A stretch of DNA of 64,000 bases from Anthoceros angustus. Its lineage: Eukaryota; Plantae; Anthocerotophyta. A program made the translations under genes and the position numbers. The stretch is from positions 1 through 64,000 of the forward strand of contig VJWM01000310.1 in the NCBI GenBank assembly GCA_010909165.1, written 5' to 3'. How positions within the stretch are numbered: position 1 is the stretch's first letter; the number at the start of each line of letters is the position of its first letter. The notes beneath the pieces are model-generated. The model saw nothing but the letters and a program-made list of their open reading frames with translations, was not told the origin of the DNA and ran no database searches. Of the stretch, positions 25,701 to 38,805 are shown one piece after another.

Positions 25701-28700
25701 GAGAGCTCCTCCAGCGCTATCGCCACCATGCTTAAACAAAAGACACTTTCAAAAGCGAGCCAGCGTGGGAAGAAATGCCACCATTTCTTAAGCCAAATAG
25801 ACAACATTTATAAGAACGTGGTTACTAAGCATCTTGTGCTTGATCGATACTTAGATGGGGTGTCTAGAGGAGTGGATACCCTTGGTGCGAATAGCTGAGG
25901 CACACTATAGTACAAGTTGTTAAGAACCAAGTCCTATTATAGGAAAATTCAATCAAGTGGACTATAATAGACAAAGAGCTAGGTAAAGATTTAGAATCAC
26001 CCACCTTAGTAGAAAAAGGGACCCACACTCATCCATGCCTCGTCTCATCATCACTAACCACATCATTTATATGCGGAAAATGCTCGATTATGTGTGTGAG
26101 AATCACATTCCTCGGCGCATTTATTTGAAATAATGTCAATCCCATTTATTGTTGCAATCATTTCATTCCGCATTTCATTGAGGATTTCATCTAGTCTTGT
26201 GCAGATTGTAAGAAGCTCATCATGTTTATCTCATCATCATGAAGATTTTATTATTATAATCTAATTATATGATGTTTAAATTAGTTTATTATTAAAAATA
26301 TAATAAATATAAAATAAGGAGATGAATATTTAGTATCCGTGCGAATAGACATAACGATTTTCATAGCGACTATAACGACTTAACTTACTTAATGAGAAAC
26401 TCTATTGAGAGAGTAGAGATGAGAGGATCTACATATGTTTATCAAAATGAAGAAGCCGATGATTGAAGTGACTTGTCTTGCCTTGATAAACTTGAGGTGG
26501 GCCAAGAGATTACTAAAATAAACATATGTGCTCATTTGTATCACAAAAATGTTTGATCCATGGTTGCATATGTGTGTGGCGTGGCGTACATGCCCACTAT
26601 GTAGGCGTGAAGTATACTTTAGAGAAGAGAATACAAATAGTGGTTTATCATCTCAAGACCACAGTTTACCCTGGTTTTCACCTAACCTCATGCCCGCCTC
26701 ATGGCCTTATTCTGATTCCATGTATTAGCATCCTTGGCTATACCGTAGTTGTCATGCACAACATTAGTTGTAGTTTTGTTAGGATTTAGGATTATCGTTG
26801 TTTTCTTTTCCACAAAATCATTCAATTTTTTTAACAATATGCTTTTCAAAAGAATATCGCCTTTAAATCATCTATGTGAGATATGCGTTCTTCAAACATA
26901 TCTTGAAAGAGTTCACATGGGAAATCCAAGGACAAAATAAAAATGACACATGGGCCAAATCAAGTACAAAATAAAAACCGAAACATGATCGAAATCCAAG
27001 GACAAAATAGAAAATGACAGCCTAAATAAACAAAAGTAGGTCAAATTTTAGATGTACAAAATCCAAGGTCATTATCAAAATGATGGCCTATATATGCAGT
27101 ATATGCTTCTTTCACATACTTTAGAAAAGAGGGTATTTTTCATAACCTTTTGAAGAGGTTTTTCTCATAACATTTACTATTCTTCGTGCATTACGGTTAT
27201 ACTAGCCTACATAACATCAGAATATTGCGTTAGAAATCATGAACACGTCTTCAATTTACAATGTATCTACAAATGTTTATCAAAATGAAGAAGCCGATGA
27301 TTGAAGTGACTTGTCTTTGTTGCCTTGATAGTCTTGAGGTGGGCCAGAGATTACTAAAATAAATATATGTGCTCATTTGTATCATAAAAATGTTTAGATC
27401 CATGGTTACATATGTGCGGGCGTACATGCCCATTATGTAGACGTGAAATACACTTTAGAGAAGAGATTACGGAAAAGGTTTACCATCTCAAGACGAAAGT
27501 CATCTTCCACATCAATTTCAATGACCTCATTTCCATCCGAAGAGGACATTCAAATGATAAGAGATATTGTGAGTGGGAGAGTAGAGATGGATATAATGTC
27601 GTATGCGGATTGAACAAATCTTGACAAGATGGAGAAAATGCAATCCAAAGTAACGAAGATGAAAGGCTTTTCTTGTATGTTGAATTGCAATGGTGTCTTG
27701 CTATATATGAACAGAGGCATCCGGATCAAGTAGCTTTGGCACTATCCTATGGTGGATAGGGCCATCCCATCTAGTGAGTACACACACCTATTATAGATGG
27801 AGCCACCCTTTCCAACGAGATGATTTAGATCATCTCATTTATATTGAGAAGAAAGTATTAAATAATCATTTGAATTATTTTGATTATTTTAGTTATTTAT
27901 TTAATAATTATCATATAACTATCTTCTATTTTGTATAGATAAGTCATTTTTCTGATTAAATTTACATGAATATTTATGGGTTTTTCAAAACAATTCTGGT
28001 TTTGTTGAAAATATACACCAAAATAGGACAAAGCCCTCCAAAGAGACCTTCACATCGAGACCGAATCGACCTCCAGCACAAGTGGACAATGTTGAATAAG
28101 AACACCTACACACGAACCTAAACACCGACTACCTCCGAACTCCCAATCCACTCAAAGCTTGAGACTCATAACGAAGTAAACCTCAAACGACACCATCCAA
28201 CCAGCCAAGCCTGATAACATGGCCAATGTTGGATCAAAAAGCTCCAAATCATACACGATACATGAGCTGCCCAAACTGCCACCTAACCGCCTTGAATGTG
28301 CTTAGATGAGGATGACACGTATTCACCTCACCAAAGCACATTGATAAGAGCGCTCCCAAAATCCCAAAGAACGTAAGAAACCAGTCTATTGTCACTAAAC
28401 CACTTTAAAACTCTTAAGAATTGGACCCCAAAGAACGTAAGAAACCAGCCTATTGTCAATAAACCACTTTAAAACTCTTAAGAATTGGACCTCAAGAACG
28501 AAGAAATCAACCTATCCTCAATAAATCACTCTAAAACTCTTAAGAATTGGACCCCAAAGAACGTAAGAAACCAGCCTATGGTCAATAAACCACTTTAAAA
28601 CTCTAAAGAATTAGGACGCAATGTTTTTGTGGGCGAACTTTGTTGGCGGATGGGAGATCACGGACCTTGTTAGAAGACTCGGAGCCTAGAAGTTCAACAT

Positions 28701-31700
28701 CGCAACAATAGTGTGGGATGAGGAAGACCGGAACAATTGCCCGACGGTGCTTGGAAGACTTGGATCTAATGATCAAGCACAAACATGAGGGTATACACTT
28801 TGGTGTTGACAAGCCCCATGGGAACTACTATTGGGACTATTTCGAATTTTTATTCCATACGGAAGTGAGGCCAAGTTCCTCCTCTGTGAAAACCTCTAAG
28901 GACTCCGGTTAGTAGAGCATTTCATTTCCCAAGAAGCAACCTTCTAAATCAAGAGGCCGGATTTGTGTGCACGGCTTGTTAGGCAAGCGAGCCGTGAAGG
29001 AAAGCTTAATGAATGATGAGTCGGATGACAAGCCAGCCTTAGGTTAGGACATCAAGCCTTTTGCACTTGAATGTGGTGAGGTCCGCCGAGGGTGCCACTT
29101 TGTTAGATATACCTATGCACATGTGTAACATATAGTTATAGGCAGTGTTAGTATGGGAACACATACACACGGGCAGCAAATGTATGAGCTCTTTCTCACT
29201 ATCATTCGTCAAAGGATTCCACCAACCAGTTTGCCTCAAGCTTGAGGGCTTTATGTGATGCCGTTCTCGCAATGTTCGGCTTTGTGTCACGACGGTGGTA
29301 ATCCACTACACGCAAGGGCTGCAAGAGAACGCAAGTTGGCTCTTCCTAACCCCATGAGACCGGAAAGCGATATATTGGTGAATCGCACAACCTAGGGCCT
29401 TAATAGGCTTACCTACAGCTCACACCATGTGAGACTTTCAAGACGTTTTACACTCTCAATTCATACACATTTCAATTTTCCCCATCACTCGTAGTGGCAT
29501 ACCACGAAGGGCCATATGGACATGCATTCACGTATGGTAGGGCCCCTAGACCATGGCGGAAACGTCGTCACGCCTGTAGCTAGGTCCTACACACAGACAC
29601 AAGTCACATATGCCGCTCTTTAGTGATGTAGAGGCGCAAGTCCGAGCGATTCTTGGCACGGTGGAGCTCCCCTCAGCGCTATCGCCACCATGCTTAAACA
29701 AAAGACACTTTCAAAAAGCAGGCCAGCGTGGGAAGAAATGCCGACCATTTCTTAAGCCAAATAGACAACATTTATAAGAACGTGGTTACTAAGCATCTTG
29801 TGCTTGATCGATACTTAGATGGGGTGTCTAGAGGAGTGGATACCCTTGGTGCGAATAGCTGAGGCACACTATAGTACAAGTTGTTAAGAACCAAGTCCTA
29901 TTATAGGAAAATTCAATCAAGTGGACTATAATAGACAAAGAGCTAGGTAAAGATTTAGAATCACCCACCTTAGTAGAAAAAGGGACCCACACTCATCCAT
30001 GCCTCGTCTCATCATCACTAACCACATCATTTATGTGCGGAAAATGCTCGATTATGTGTGTGAGAATCACATTCCTCAGTAGCATTTATTTGAAATAATG
30101 TCAATCCCATTTATTGTTGCAATCATTTCATTCGCATTTCATTGAGGATTTCATCTAGTCTTGTGCAGATTGTAAGAAGCTCATCTGTTTATCTCATCAT
30201 CATGAAGATTTTATTATTATAATCTAATTATATGATGTTTAAATTAGTTTATTATTAAAAATATAATAAAATATAAAATAAGGAGATGAATATTTAGTAT
30301 CCGTGCGAATAGACATAACGATTTTCATAGCGACTATAACGACTTAACTTACTTAATGAGAAACTCTATTGAGAGAGTAGAGATGAGAGGATCTACATAT
30401 GTTTATCAAAATGAAGAAGCCGATGATTGAAGTGACTTGTCTGTTTGCCTTGATAAACTTGAGGTGGGCCAAGAGATTACTAAAATAAACATATGTGCTC
30501 ATTTGTATCACAAAAATGTTTGATCCATGGTTGCATATGTGTGTGGCGTGGCGTACATGCCCACTATGTAGACGTGAAGTATACTTTAGAGAAGAGAATA
30601 CAAATAGTGGTTTATCATCTCAAGACCCTGGTTTACCCTGGTTTTCACCTAACCTCATGCCCCCTCATGGCCTTGTTACAGTTCCATGTATTAGCATCCT
30701 TGGCTATACCTTTGTGGTTGTCATGCACAACATTAGTTGTAGTTTTGTTAGGATTTAGGATTATCGTTGTTTTCTTTTCCACAAAATCATTCAATTTTTT
30801 TAACAATATGCTTTTCAAAAGAATATCGCCTTTAAATCTGCTATGTGAGATGTACGTGTTCTTCAAACATATCTTGAAAGAGTTCACATGGGCGAAATCC
30901 AAGGACAAAATAAAAATGACACATGGGCCAAATCAAGTACAAAATAAAACCAAACATGATCGAAATCCAAGGACAAAATAGAAAATGACAGCCTAAATAA
31001 ACAAAAGTAGGTCAAAGTTTAGATGTACAAAATCCAAGGTCATTATCAAAATGATGGCCTATATATGCAGTATATACTTCTTTCACATACTTTAGAAAAG
31101 AGGGTATTTTCATAACCTTTTGAAGAGGTTTTCTCATAACATTTACTATTCTTCGTGCATTACGGTTATACTAGCCTACATAACATCAGAATATTAGTTA
31201 GAAATCATGAACACGTCTTCAATTTACAATGTATCTACAAATGTTTATCAAAATGAAGAAGCCGATGATTCGAAGTGACTTGTCTTTGTTGCCTTGATAG
31301 TCTTGAGGTGGGCGAGATTACTAAAATAAATATATGTGCTCATTTGTATCATAAAAATGTTTAGATCCATGGTTACATATGCGGGCGTACATGCCCATTA
31401 TGTAGACGTGAAATACACTTTAGAGAAGAGATTACGGAAAAGGTTTACCATCTCAAGACGAAAGTCATCTTCCACATCAATTTCGAATGACCTCATTTCC
31501 ATCCGAAGAGGACATTCAAATGATAAGAGATATTGTGAGTGGGAGAGTAGAGATGGATATAATGTCGTATGCGGATTGAACAAATCTTGACAAGATGGAG
31601 AAAATGCAATCCAAAGTAACGAAGATGAAAGGCTTTTCTTGTATGTTGAATTGCAATGGTGTCTTGCTATATATGAACAGGCATCCGGATCAAGTAGCTT

Positions 31701-34700
31701 TGGCACTATCCTATGGTGGATAGGGCCATCCCATCTAGTGAGTACACACACCTATTATAGATGGAGCCACCCTATCCAACGAGTACACCTAGATGATTTA
31801 GATCATCTCATTTATATTGAGAAGAAAGTATTAAATAATCATTTGAATTATTTTGATTATTTTAGTTATTTATTTAATAATTATCATATAACTATCTTCT
31901 ATTTTTGTATAGATAAGTCATTTTTCTGATTAAATTTACATGAATATTTATGGGTTTTTCAAAACAATTCTGGTTTTGTTGAAAATATACACCAAAATAG
32001 GACAAAGCCCTCCAAAGAGACCTTCACATGAGACCGAATCGACCTCCAGCACAAGTGGACAATGTTGAATAAGAACACCTACACACGAACCTAAACACCG
32101 ACTACCTCCGAACTCCCAATCCACTCAAAGCTTGAGACTCATAACGAAGTAAACCTCAAACGACACCATCCAACCAGCCAAGCGATAACATGGCCAATGT
32201 TGGATCAAAAGCTCCAAATCATACACGATACATGAGCCGCCCAAGCGCCACCTAACCTTGAATGTGCTTGGATGAGGATGACACGTATTCACCTCACCAA
32301 AGCACATTGATAAGAGCTCCCAAAATCCCAAAGAACGTGAAACCAGCCTATTGTCACTAAACCACTTTAAAACTCTTAAGAATTGGACCCCAAAGAACGT
32401 AAGAAACCAGCCTATTGTCAATAAACCACTTTAAAACTCTTAAGAATTGGACCAGAACGTAAGAAATCAACCTATCCTCAATAAATCACTCTAAAACTCT
32501 TAAGAATTGGACCGACGACGTAAGAAACCAGCCTATGGTCAATAAACCACTTTAAAACTCTAAAGAATTAGGCGACGCAATGTTTTTGTGGGCGAACTTT
32601 CGCTGGCGGATGGACGGATCACGGACCTTGTTAGAAGACTCGGAGCCTAAGAAGTTCAACATCGCAACAATAGTGTGGGATGAGGAAGACCCAGCAACAA
32701 TTGCCCGGTGCTTGGAAGACTTGGATCTAATGATCAAGCACAAACATGAGGGTATACACTTTGGTGTTGACAAGCCCCATGGGAACTACTATTGGGACTA
32801 TTTCTGGAATTTTTATTCCGTAAGGAGGCGCAAGTTCCTCCTCTGTGAAAACCTCTAAGGACTCCGGTTAGTAGAGAGCATTTCATTTCCCAAGAAGCAA
32901 CCTTCTAAATCAAGAGATCACGGATTTGTGTGCACGGCTTGTTAGGCAAACAGGAGCCGTGAAGGAAAGCTTAGCGAATGATGAGTCGGATGACAAGCCA
33001 GCCTTAGGTTAGGACATCAAGCCTTTTGCACTTGAATGTGGTGAGGTCCGAGGGTGCCACTTTGTTAGATATACCTATGCACATGTGTAACATATAGTTA
33101 TAGGCAGTAGTATGGGAACACATACACAGGCAGCAAATGTATGAGCTCTTTCTCACTATCATTCGTCAAAGGATTCCACCAACCAGTTTGCCTCAAGCTT
33201 GAGGGCTTTATGTGATGCCGTTCCTCGCAATGTTCGCTTTGTGTCACGACCGGTGGTAATCCACTACGCAAGGGCAAGAAGGCGCAAGTTGGCTCTTCCT
33301 AACCCCATGAGACCAGGAAAACGATATATTGGTCGAATCGCACAACCTAGGGCCTTAATAGGCTTACCTACAGGCTCACACCATGTGAGACTTTCAAGAC
33401 GTTTTACACTCTCAATTCATACACATTTCAATTTTTCCCCATCACTGTAGTGGCATACCACGAAGGGCCATATGGACATGCATTCACGTATGGTAGGGCC
33501 CCTAGACCATGGCGGAAACGCTGTACGCCTGTAGCTAGGTCCTACACACACACAAGTCACATATGCTCTTTAGTGATGTAGAGGCGCAAGTCGAGATTCT
33601 TGGCACGGTGGAGAGCTCCTCCAGCGCTATCGCCACCATGCTTAAACAAAAGACACTTTCAAAACGAGCCAGCGTGGGAAGAAATGCCACCATTTCTTAA
33701 GCCAAATAGACAACATTTATAAGAACGTGGTTACTAAGCATCTTGTGCTTGATCGATACTTAGATGGGGTGTCTAGAGGAGTGGATACCCTTGGTGCGAA
33801 TAGCTGAGGCACACTATAGTACAAGTTGTTAAGAACCAAGTCCTATTATAGGAAAATTCAATCAAGTGGACTATAATAGACAAAGAGCTAGGTAAAGATT
33901 TAGAATCACCCACCTTAGTAGAAAAGGGACCCACACTCATCCATGCCTCGTCTCATCATCACTAACCACATCATTTATGTGGAAAATGCTCGATTATGTG
34001 TGTGAGAATCACATTCCTGCATTTATTTTGAAATAATGTCAATCCCATTTATTGTTGCAATCATTTCATTCCGCATTTCATTGAGGATTTCATCTAGTCT
34101 TGTGCATTGTAAGAAGCTCATCTGTTTATCTCATCATCATGAAGATTTTATTATTATAATCTAATTATATGATGTTTAAATTAGTTTATTATTAAAAATA
34201 TAATAAATATAAAATAAGGAGATGAATATTTAGTATCCGTGCGAATAGACATAACGATTTTCATAGCGACTATAACGACTTAACTTACTTAATGAGAAAC
34301 TCCATTGAGAGAGTAGAGATAGAGAGGATCTACATATGTTTATCAAAATGAAGAAGCCGATGATTGAAGTGACTGCGACTTGCCTTGATAAACTTGAGGT
34401 GGGCCAAGAGATTACTAAAATAAACATATGTGCTCATTTGTATCACAAAAATGTTTGATCCATGGTTGCATATGTGTGTGGCGTGGCGTACATGCCCACT
34501 ATGTAGACGTGAAGTATACTTTAGAGAAGAGAATACAAATAGTGGTTTATCATCTCAAGACCACAGTTTACCCTGGTTTTCACCTAACCTCATGCCCGCC
34601 TCATGGCCTTGTTACAGTTCCATGTATTAGCATCCTTGGCTATATGTAGTTGTCATGCACAACATTAGTTGTAGTTTTGTTAGGATTTAGGATTATCGTT

Positions 34701-36296
34701 GTTTTCTTTTCCACAAAAATCATTCAATTTTTTTAACAATATGCTTTTCAAAAGAATATCCGCCTTTAAATCATATGTGAGATGTACGTGTTCTTCAAAC
34801 ATATCTTGAAAGAGTTCACATGGGCCAAATCAAGTACAAAATAAAAATGACACATGGGCCAAATCAAGTACAAAATAAAAACCGAAACATGATCGAAATC
34901 CAAGGACAAAATAGAAAATGACAGCCTAAATAAACAAAAGTAGGTCAAATTTTAGATGTACAAAATCCAAGGTCATTATCAAAATGATGGCCTATATATG
35001 AAGGTATATGCTTCTTTCACATACTTTAGAAAAGAGGGTATTTTTCATAACCTTTTGAAGAGGTTTTTCTCATAACATTTACTATTCTTCGTGCATTACG
35101 GTTATACTAGCCTACATAACATCATAAATATTGCGTTAGAAATCATGAACACGCCTTCAATTTACAATGTATCTACAAATGTTTATCAAAATGAAGAAGC
35201 CGATGATTCGAAGTGACTTGTCTTTGTTGCCTTGATAGTCTTGAGGTGGGCCAGATTACTAAAATAAATATATGTGCTCATTTGTATCATAAAAATGTTT
35301 AGATCCATGGTTACATATGTGCGGGCGCGCGTACATGCCCATTATGTAGACGTGAAATACACTTTAGAGAAGAGATTACGAAAAGGTTTACCATCTCAAG
35401 ACGAAAGTCACCTTCCACATCAATTTCGAATGACCTCATTTCCATCCAAGAGGACATTCAAATGATAAGAGATATTGTGAGTGGGAGAGTAGAGATGGAT
35501 ATAATGTCGTATGCGCGGATTGAACAAATCTTCCGACAAGATGGAGAAAATGCAATCCAAAGTAGCACGAAGATGAAAGGCTTTTCTTGTATGTTGAATT
35601 GCAATGGTGTCTTGCTATATATGAACAGAGGCATCCGGATCAAGTAGCTTTGGCACTATCCTATGGTGGATAGGGCCATCCCATCTAGTGAGTACACACA
35701 CCTATTATAGATGGAGCCACCCTTTCCAAGTACACCTAGATGATTTAGATCATCTCATTTATATTGAGAAGAAAGTATTAAATAATCATTTGAATTATTT
35801 TGATTATTTTAGTTATTTATTTAATAATTATCATATAACTATCTTCTATTTTTGTATAGATAAGTCATTTTTCTGATTAAATTTACATGAATATTTATGG
35901 GTTTTTCAAAACAATTCTGGTTTTGTTGAAAATATACACCAAAATAGGACAAAGCCCTCCAAAGAGACCTTCACATGTGAGACCGAATACAGCCTCCAGC
36001 AGCACAAGTGGACAATGTTGAATAAGAACACCTACACACGAACCTCGGAAACACCGACTACCTCCGAACTCCCAATCCACTCAAAGCTTGAGACTCATAA
36101 CGAAGTAAACCTCAAACGACACCATCCAACCAGCCAAGCCTGATAACATGGCCAATGTAGGATCAAAAAGCTCCAAATCATACACGATACATGAGCCGCC
36201 CAAACTGCCACCTAACCGCCTTGAATGTGCTTGGATGAGGATGACACGTATTCACCTCACCAAAGCACATTGATAAGAGCGCTCCCAAAATCCCAA

Positions 36297-36545
36297 GAAC
36301 GTAAGAAACCAGCCTATTGTCACTAAACCACTTTAAAACTCTTAAGAATTGGACCCCAAAGAACGTAAGAAACCAGCCTATTGTCAATAAACCACTTTAA
36401 AACTCTTAAGAATTGGACCCCAAAGAACGTAAGAAATCAACCTATCCTCAATAAATCACTCTAAAACTCTTAAGAATTGGACCCCAAAGAACGAAGAAAC
36501 CAGCCTATGGTCAATAAACCACTTTAAAACTCTAAAGAATTAGGA
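36297..36545 (+). repeat. Four-copy 63-64 bp minisatellite (present in every array unit)
   Basis: Unit aagaacgtaagaaaccagcctattgtcaataaaccactttaaaactcttaagaattggacccc. Also at ~503-735, 4338-4572, 15252-15498, 19655-19896, 24424-24666, 28367-28614 and 32331-32571. Confidence 0.93.
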
Positions 36546-37921
36546 CGCAATGTTTTTGTGGACGAACTTTGTTGGCGGATGGACGGATCACGGACCTTGT
36601 CAAGACTGAGCCTAAGAAGTTCAACATCGCAACAATAGTGTGGGATGAGGAAGACCCGGCAATAATTGCCGGTGCTTGGAAGACTTGGATCTAATGATCA
36701 AGCACAAACATGAGGGTATACACTTTGGTGTTGACAAGCCCCATGGGAACTACTATTGGGACTATTTCTGGAATTTTTTATTCCGACGGAAGCGGTTCCT
36801 CCTCTGTGAAGCTGAAAACCTCTAAGGACTCGGTTAGTAGACAACATTTCATTTCCCAAGAAGCAACCTTCTAAATCAAGAGGCATTTGTGTGCACGGTT
36901 AGGCAAGCAGAGCCGTGAAGGAAAGCTTAGCGAATGATGAGTCGATGACAAGCCCGCCTTAGGTTAGGACATCAAGCCTTTTGCACTTGAATGCGGAGTC
37001 CCGAGGTGCCACTTTGTTAGATATACCTATGCACATGTGTATAGTTATAGGCAGTTAGTATGGGAACACATACACGGGCAGCAAATGTATGAGCTCTTTC
37101 TCACTATCATTCGGAAAGGATTCCACCAACCGGTTGCCTCAAGCTTGAGGGCTTTATGTGATGCCGTTCCTACATGTATTACGGCTTTGTGTCACGACGG
37201 TGGTAATCCACTACACTGCAAAGGAAGGCGCAAGTTGGCTCTTCCTAACCCCATGAGACCGAATCTGACCTCCAGCACAAGTGGACAATGTTGAATAAGA
37301 ACACCTACACACGGACACAAGTGGACAATGTTGAATAAGAACACCTACTCACACCATGTGAGACTTTCAAGACGCTTTTACACTCAATTCATACACATTT
37401 CAATTTTTCCCCATCACTCGTAGTGGCATACCACGAAGGGCCATATGGACATGCATTCACGTATGGTAGGGCCCCTAGACCATGGCGGAAGCGTCGTGCA
37501 GCCTTTCGGCTAGGTCCTACACACGGACACAAGTCACATATCTTTGCTCTTTAGTGATGTAGAGGCACAAGTCGAGCGATTCTTGGCACGGTGGAAGCTC
37601 CCCTCAGCGCTATCGCCACCATGCTTAAACAAAAGACACTTTCAAAAAGCGAGCCAGCGTGGGAAGAAATGCCGACCATTTCTTAAGCCAAATAGACAAC
37701 ATTTATAAGAACGTGGTTACTAAGCATCTTGTGCTTGATCGATACTTAGATGGGGTGTCTAGAGGAGTGGATACCCTTGGTGCGAATAGTGAGGCACACT
37801 ATAGTACAAGTTGTTAAGAACCAAGTCCTATTATAGGAAAATTCAATCAAGTGGACTATAATAGACAAAGAGCTAGGTAAAGATTTAGAATCACCCACCT
37901 TAGTAGAAAAAGGACCCACAC

Positions 37922-38458
37922 TCATCCATGCCTCGTCTCATCATCACTAACCACATCATTTATGTGCGGAAAATGCTCGATTATGTGTGTGAGAATCACA
38001 TTCCTCAGCGCATTTATTTCAGAAATAATGTCAATCCCATTTATTGTTGCAATCATTTCATTCCGCATTTCATTGAGGATTTCATCTATTCTTGTGCAGA
38101 TTGTAAGAAGCTCATCTATGTTTATCTCATCATCATGAAGATTCTGATCAATATCAACTTCAAGTATTAATCCTTTGCAATTGGGAAATGTGCATCTTGC
38201 ATGATGATTATGCAACCATGGAGCAAGACATCGCTTGTGAAAGGAATGAGAACATGCGTCCACTTGTGTGATTTCTTGATGTTTTTTAATTTCATCTTGA
38301 CAAATGGTGCAATCCTTGACTTCGTCGCCATTATACATCCTTGTTCTCACCTTGAATGTTCTTCTAATTGAACTGTTATGCTCCATCAGGATTTCCTTAA
38401 ATGAATTCTTCGCTTCCTTGGAATAAGGAATTATGTGGTATTCTGGATGCAGTGACAT
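37922..38458 (-). CDS. RING-H2-like finger protein, paralog C (178 aa, intact, intronless)
   Basis: CTICQDEIKKHQEITQVDACSHSFHKRCLAPWLHNHHARCTFPNC followed by an acidic helical tail. A TATATATG element lies about 20 bp upstream on the minus strand. The QEIT..xC.H..HK.CL.PWLH signature is shared with paralogs A and B. Confidence 0.9.
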   Translation of the reverse strand: MSLHPEYHIIPYSKEAKNSFKEILMEHNSSIRRTFKVRTRMYNGDEVKDCTICQDEIKKHQEITQVDACSHSFHKRCLAPWLHNHHARCTFPNCKGLILEVDIDQNLHDDEINIDELLTICTRIDEILNEMRNEMIATINGIDIISEINALRNVILTHIIEHFPHINDVVSDDETRHG

Positions 38459-38717
38459 GACATATATTCGATGACAAACATATATAGTTGGGGGTCAGGT
38501 AACTAGGTATTATCAGGTAAAACAAGTTTTTTCTCGATAACAAAATTGATAATAATTACAAATTGGTCTTACTATTTTAAATATTAGATAAAAATTATAA
38601 GATCTAATATATATGGTATCTATGTATGGAGTTGTGTTCACTGCAGCTTCTTAAAGATAGGTAGATCTATAGAGTTTAGGGTTTATAGGTAGATAGAGGT
38701 TCGCTAGGCGAATAGGG

Positions 38718-38805
38718 GGGTAGGCGGGTAGGCGGGTAGGCGGGTAGGCGGATGGGCGGATGGGCGGATGGGCGGATGGGCGGATGGGCGGATGGGCGGA
38801 TGGGC
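38718..38805 (+). repeat. G-rich 8-mer microsatellite (GGGTAGGC)x4 (GGATGGGC)x7, G-quadruplex-capable
   Basis: Read directly from the sequence. GGG runs are spaced every 8 nt. Confidence 0.95.

Larger units (their letters stand above)
1..38143 (+). repeat. Tandem array of a ~3.9-4.0 kb gene-containing unit (~7.6 copies, continues off the left edge)
   Basis: The same junction catgaagatt|ttattattataatc starts units at 2262, 6135, 17074, 21477, 26248, 30211 and 34148. Long segments are near-identical between copies. At 38143 the sequence continues into unique DNA (catgaagatt|ctgatc). Confidence 0.97.

Noticed and set aside
36297-36545. Alternative genetic code (TAA=Gln) suggested by in-frame TAAs in the 63 bp repeat
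   Set aside because: RING-B ends in TAA at the AT-rich boundary in several copies, and intact ORFs such as RING-C contain no internal TAA/TAG.
37255-37350. Segment of the orphan gene replaced by sequence from elsewhere in the unit
   Set aside because: It is a similar-length swap bounded by gagacc/acctac microhomologies in one copy only, most likely a consensus error.
38675-38684. Telomeric repeat
   Set aside because: There is only one TTTAGGG unit. The CTAGGG motifs in the retroelement leader are also not telomere arrays.
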